From Vicinamibacterales bacterium (GTDB lineage Bacteria > Acidobacteriota > Vicinamibacteria > Vicinamibacterales > 2-12-FULL-66-21), in contig DASXLB010000004.1 of assembly GCA_036496585.1 (NCBI GenBank), positions 112,929 through 176,928 on the forward strand: a DNA stretch of 64,000 bases, in the 5' to 3' direction. The notes below the pieces were generated by a model. That model was given only the letters and a program-made list of their open reading frames with translations. It was not told the DNA's origin and did not search any database. A program made the position numbers and the translations under genes. This document shows, one piece after another, positions 61,141 through 64,000 of this stretch. Every line of letters begins with the position of its first letter. Within the stretch, counting starts at the first letter, position 1.

Positions 61141-62610
61141 ATGCGGATTCAGACTCGACTGCTGGGGCCGGCCGTGGCCCTGGCCTCGACGCCGCGCACC
61201 GCCGCGCTGGCGGTCGCGCTGGCAGCGGCGATCGTCATCCTGCCGGCCGCACAGACCGGACAGTTTTCCACGACCGTCCGCGGCTTCATCACGGTCGACG
61301 CTCCCGGCGTCGCGCTGACGCACGTCCGCGTCATCGACGGCACCGGCGCGCCGGCCAGGGACGATCAGACGATCGTCATCCGCGGCGGCAACATCGCCGA
61401 GATCGGCGACACGGCTCGCGTCAAGGCGCCCGACGGCGCGACGACGATCGATCTCACCGGCAAGTCGGTGATACCGGGGCTCGTCATGGTGCACGAGCAC
61501 ACCTACTATCCAACCGGTCCTGGTGTCTACGGCCAGCTCGGGCTGAGCTTCGCGCGCCTGTATCTGGCCGGCGGCGTGACGTCGATGCGGACGGCGGGCA
61601 ACACGAATGGCGTGATGGACATCGAGCTGAAGCGGCAGATCGACGCCGGCACCCAGGCAGGTCCGTCGATCGACGCGACTGCACCGTACCTCAACGGACC
61701 GCAGGGGATGCTGCAGATGCACCCGCTGAAGGATGCCGAAGACGCGCGAAAGCAGGTGGCCTACTGGGCCGACATGGGATCGACGTCGTTCAAGGCCTAC
61801 ATGCAGATCACACGCGACGAGCTGAAGGCGTCGATCGAAGAAGCGCACAAGCGGAGCATGAAGATCACCGGGCATCTCTGCTCGGTGACGTACTCGGAAG
61901 CCGCGGATCTCGGCATCGACAATCTGGAGCACGGCTTCATGGCCGCGACCGACTTCGTGGCCGACAAGCAACCCGATGTCTGTCCCGGACAGGCGGTTGG
62001 TCAGCGGACGATCGCGGCGCTGGACGAGAACGGCGCCCCGTTCAAGGCGCTGGTGCAGAAGCTCGTCGACAAGCATGTGGCGCTCACTTCGACGCTGACG
62101 GTCTTCGAGACGTTCACCCCGGGCCGGCCGCTGCCGCCGGGTCTCGACGTCCTGCTGCCGGAACTGAAGCAGCAGTTCGAGGCGAACTACGCGCGGACCG
62201 CGCAGAATCCGCAGTCGCTCTACGCGACGCTCTTCCCAAAGGGGATGGCGCTCGAGCGCGCCTTCGTCCGCGCTGGCGGCATGCTCATCGCCGGCACCGA
62301 TCCGACCGGCGGTGGCGGCGTCGTTCCCGGCTACTCGAACGAGCGCCAGCTCGAGCTGCTCGTCGAGGCCGGCTTCATGCCGCTCGAAGCGATCCGGATC
62401 GGCACGCTCAACGGCGCGACGTATCTCGGCCGCGAGGCGCGCATCGGCTCGATTGCGGTCGGCAAGCAGGCGGACCTCGTCGTCATCGGGGGCAATCCGT
62501 CGACGACGATCGGCGACGTGCGGAAGGTCGAGACGGTGTTCAAGCAGGGCGTCGGCTTCGATCCGGCGAAGCTGCGCGCCTCGGTGACGGGGAAAGTTGG
62601 ACTGTGGTAG
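61141..62610 (+). CDS. Secreted amidohydrolase family protein
   Basis: 489-aa track ORF with an N-terminal signal/anchor. ALTHVRVIDGTG...IPGLVMVHEHTYY (metal-binding HxH) and a C-terminal GKQADLVVIGGNP motif. Confidence 0.85.
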   Translation: MRIQTRLLGPAVALASTPRTAALAVALAAAIVILPAAQTGQFSTTVRGFITVDAPGVALTHVRVIDGTGAPARDDQTIVIRGGNIAEIGDTARVKAPDGATTIDLTGKSVIPGLVMVHEHTYYPTGPGVYGQLGLSFARLYLAGGVTSMRTAGNTNGVMDIELKRQIDAGTQAGPSIDATAPYLNGPQGMLQMHPLKDAEDARKQVAYWADMGSTSFKAYMQITRDELKASIEEAHKRSMKITGHLCSVTYSEAADLGIDNLEHGFMAATDFVADKQPDVCPGQAVGQRTIAALDENGAPFKALVQKLVDKHVALTSTLTVFETFTPGRPLPPGLDVLLPELKQQFEANYARTAQNPQSLYATLFPKGMALERAFVRAGGMLIAGTDPTGGGGVVPGYSNERQLELLVEAGFMPLEAIRIGTLNGATYLGREARIGSIAVGKQADLVVIGGNPSTTIGDVRKVETVFKQGVGFDPAKLRASVTGKVGLW

Positions 62611-62629
62611 CTCACAGGAGTATCGACTG

Positions 62630-63703
62630 ATGCTGTTTCAGGCCGTGGCGCTGTCTCTGGTGTTGCAGGCGGGTGGCGGACGCGCGCAGTTCCAGGCGCC
62701 GCCGATGACCGAGTCGGACTTCGTCATCAAGGATTTCACGTTCAACTCGGGTGAGACCCTTCCGGAGCTGCGGATTCACTACCGTACGTTCGGCACCCCG
62801 AAGAAGAACGCCCAGGGCGTTGTCACCAACGCGGTGCTGATCATGCACGGCACGGGCGGGACCGGCGCGCAGTTCGTCGGGCGCGGGTTCGCCGGCGAGC
62901 TGTTCATGCCCGGCCAGCCGCTCGACGCGACGAAGTTCTACGTCATCCTTCCCGACGACATCGGCCATGGCAAGTCGAGCAAGCCGAGCGACGGGCGGCG
63001 CGCGAAATTCCCGAAATTCGGCTACCAGGACATGCTGACCGCGGAGCACGCGCTGCTCACCCGAGGCCTCGGCGTGAATCACCTGCGACTCGTGATGGGC
63101 ACGTCGATGGGCGGCATGCACACGTGGCTCTGGGGCGAGCGCTGGCCCGACTTCATGGACGCGCTGATGCCGCTCGCCAGCGTGCCGGGCCAGATCTCCG
63201 GCCGCAATCGGGTCTGGCGGCGCGTCGTCATCGACGCGATCAGGAACGATCCGGCGTGGCAGGGAGGCGACTACACGACGCAGCCGCCAAGCGCCCGCAC
63301 CGCGGCCGAGATGCTGTGGCTGGTGAGCAGCAATCCGGCGATCCGTTCCCGGAGCGCGCCGACGCTCGCCCAGGCCGATCGAGAAATCGACGCCTACGTC
63401 GCCAACTGGGTCAGGAACAACGACGCCAACGACCAGCTCTATGCGCTCGAGGCCTCGTTCGACTACGACCCGGGCCCGAATCTCGAAAAGATCACGGCGC
63501 CGCTGTTCGCGGTGAACTCCGCCGACGATTTGGTCAACCCGCCGGAGATCGGCGTGCTCGAGAAAGAGATCACGCGAGTGCCCAAGGGGCGCGCCATCAT
63601 GATTGCGTTCAGCGACAAGACGGCCGGCCACGGCACGCATACGCTGGCGGCGGTGTGGAAGGACTATCTCGTCGAGCTGCTGAAGGTGTCGGAAAAGCCG
63701 TAA
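62630..63703 (+). CDS. Secreted alpha/beta hydrolase, homoserine O-acetyltransferase (MetX)-like fold
   Basis: In track ORF 62597..63703, with ATG 62630 (MLFQAVALSLVLQAGGGRAQ). LPELRIHYRTFG...AVLIMHGTGG...GTSMGGMH nucleophile elbow. Confidence 0.82.
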   Translation: MLFQAVALSLVLQAGGGRAQFQAPPMTESDFVIKDFTFNSGETLPELRIHYRTFGTPKKNAQGVVTNAVLIMHGTGGTGAQFVGRGFAGELFMPGQPLDATKFYVILPDDIGHGKSSKPSDGRRAKFPKFGYQDMLTAEHALLTRGLGVNHLRLVMGTSMGGMHTWLWGERWPDFMDALMPLASVPGQISGRNRVWRRVVIDAIRNDPAWQGGDYTTQPPSARTAAEMLWLVSSNPAIRSRSAPTLAQADREIDAYVANWVRNNDANDQLYALEASFDYDPGPNLEKITAPLFAVNSADDLVNPPEIGVLEKEITRVPKGRAIMIAFSDKTAGHGTHTLAAVWKDYLVELLKVSEKP

Positions 63704-63773
63704 CTCAGGTCCGCGTTCACTCGCCACGGCGGCTTCTAGTCGGCCCGACTACTATCGCCTCGCGTTGGTGCGG

Positions 63774-63779
63774 TACAGT
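63774..63779 (+). promoter_or_regulatory. -10-like box TACAGT, 6 nt upstream of ATG 63786
   Basis: The sequence reads TACAGT GGACGG ATG. Confidence 0.33.
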
Positions 63780-63785
63780 GGACGG

Positions 63786-64000
63786 ATGCGACATCGCTCG
63801 AGATTTCTCGTGGGTGCTGCCGTCGTTTGCGCCACCGCGCTCGCGACCGCGCAGGCTCCTGCGACGCGTGCCCCACAACCCGCGTCACGGGCCACGCAGC
63901 CCGCCACCCGCGCCGCCAAGCCCGCTACGGCGCCGCAGATGGCGGCGGTCGATCCGGCGCTCTTCAAGGGCCTCCAATACCGCCTCGTCGGCCCTTCACG
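63786..64000 (+). CDS. Second sortilin/BNR-like secreted protein (paralog of 57321..60023), 5' fragment cut by window edge
   Basis: Not in the track (runs off the right edge). Sequence: MRHRSRFLVGAAVVCATALATAQAPATRAPQPASRATQPATRAAKPATAPQMAAVDPALFKGLQYRLVGPS. It parallels AVDPSLYGALKWRMIGPF at the N-terminus of the 57321 gene. Confidence 0.7.
   Translation, partial: MRHRSRFLVGAAVVCATALATAQAPATRAPQPASRATQPATRAAKPATAPQMAAVDPALFKGLQYRLVGPS

Overview
High-GC (about 68-70% by eye), very gene-dense chromosomal segment: about 60 CDS, largest non-coding gap about 180 bp. It carries hallmarks of Acidobacteriota. These are three ADOP-type FtsX permeases (two next to PadR regulators), two TIGR03436-like VWA proteins, a PSCyt/DUF1549/DUF1553 + DUF1501 pair, and tricorn-like and sortilin/BNR-like secreted proteins. 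The taxonomic call is inference from gene content only. Housekeeping anchors are argG, ppc, arfB, a cspA-like gene and a yciH/SUI1-like gene. The rest is mostly secreted or TAT-exported hydrolases and oxidoreductases, plus small-molecule enzymes (VOC, DinB, cupin, Gfo/Idh/MocA, GMC, ALDH, Zn-ADH, MBL, amidohydrolases). I found no rRNA, tRNA, CRISPR array, transposase, integrase or prophage signal. Many long ORFs in the track are antisense or off-frame shadows typical of GC-rich DNA and were not called. I did not find a clear-cut new multi-gene system of the defence-island kind. The observations most worth follow-up are: (1) a TANNNT box fixed 6-7 nt upstream of ten start codons, implying widespread leaderless transcription, including a textbook TTGACA-17-TAGCGT promoter with an overlapping palindrome at a PadR gene; (2) a nested REP-like palindrome (GGGGTCAGAC units) sitting in-frame inside a GH42-like gene; (3) an unannotated 47-codon Cys/His-rich SmtA/BmtA-like metallothionein ORF, missing from the ORF track, followed directly by a secreted protein with about 8% methionine and near a cupredoxin lipoprotein; (4) a PadR + small membrane partner module divergent from two convergent orphan FtsX permeases with no ATPase; (5) a tightly overlapped four-gene envelope cassette (S1 protease lipoprotein, two membrane proteins, one 73-aa protein) fused to the 3' end of argG; (6) RGG/GY low-complexity inserts in three unrelated secreted proteins. 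All family assignments come from motif recognition by eye; no database search was possible.
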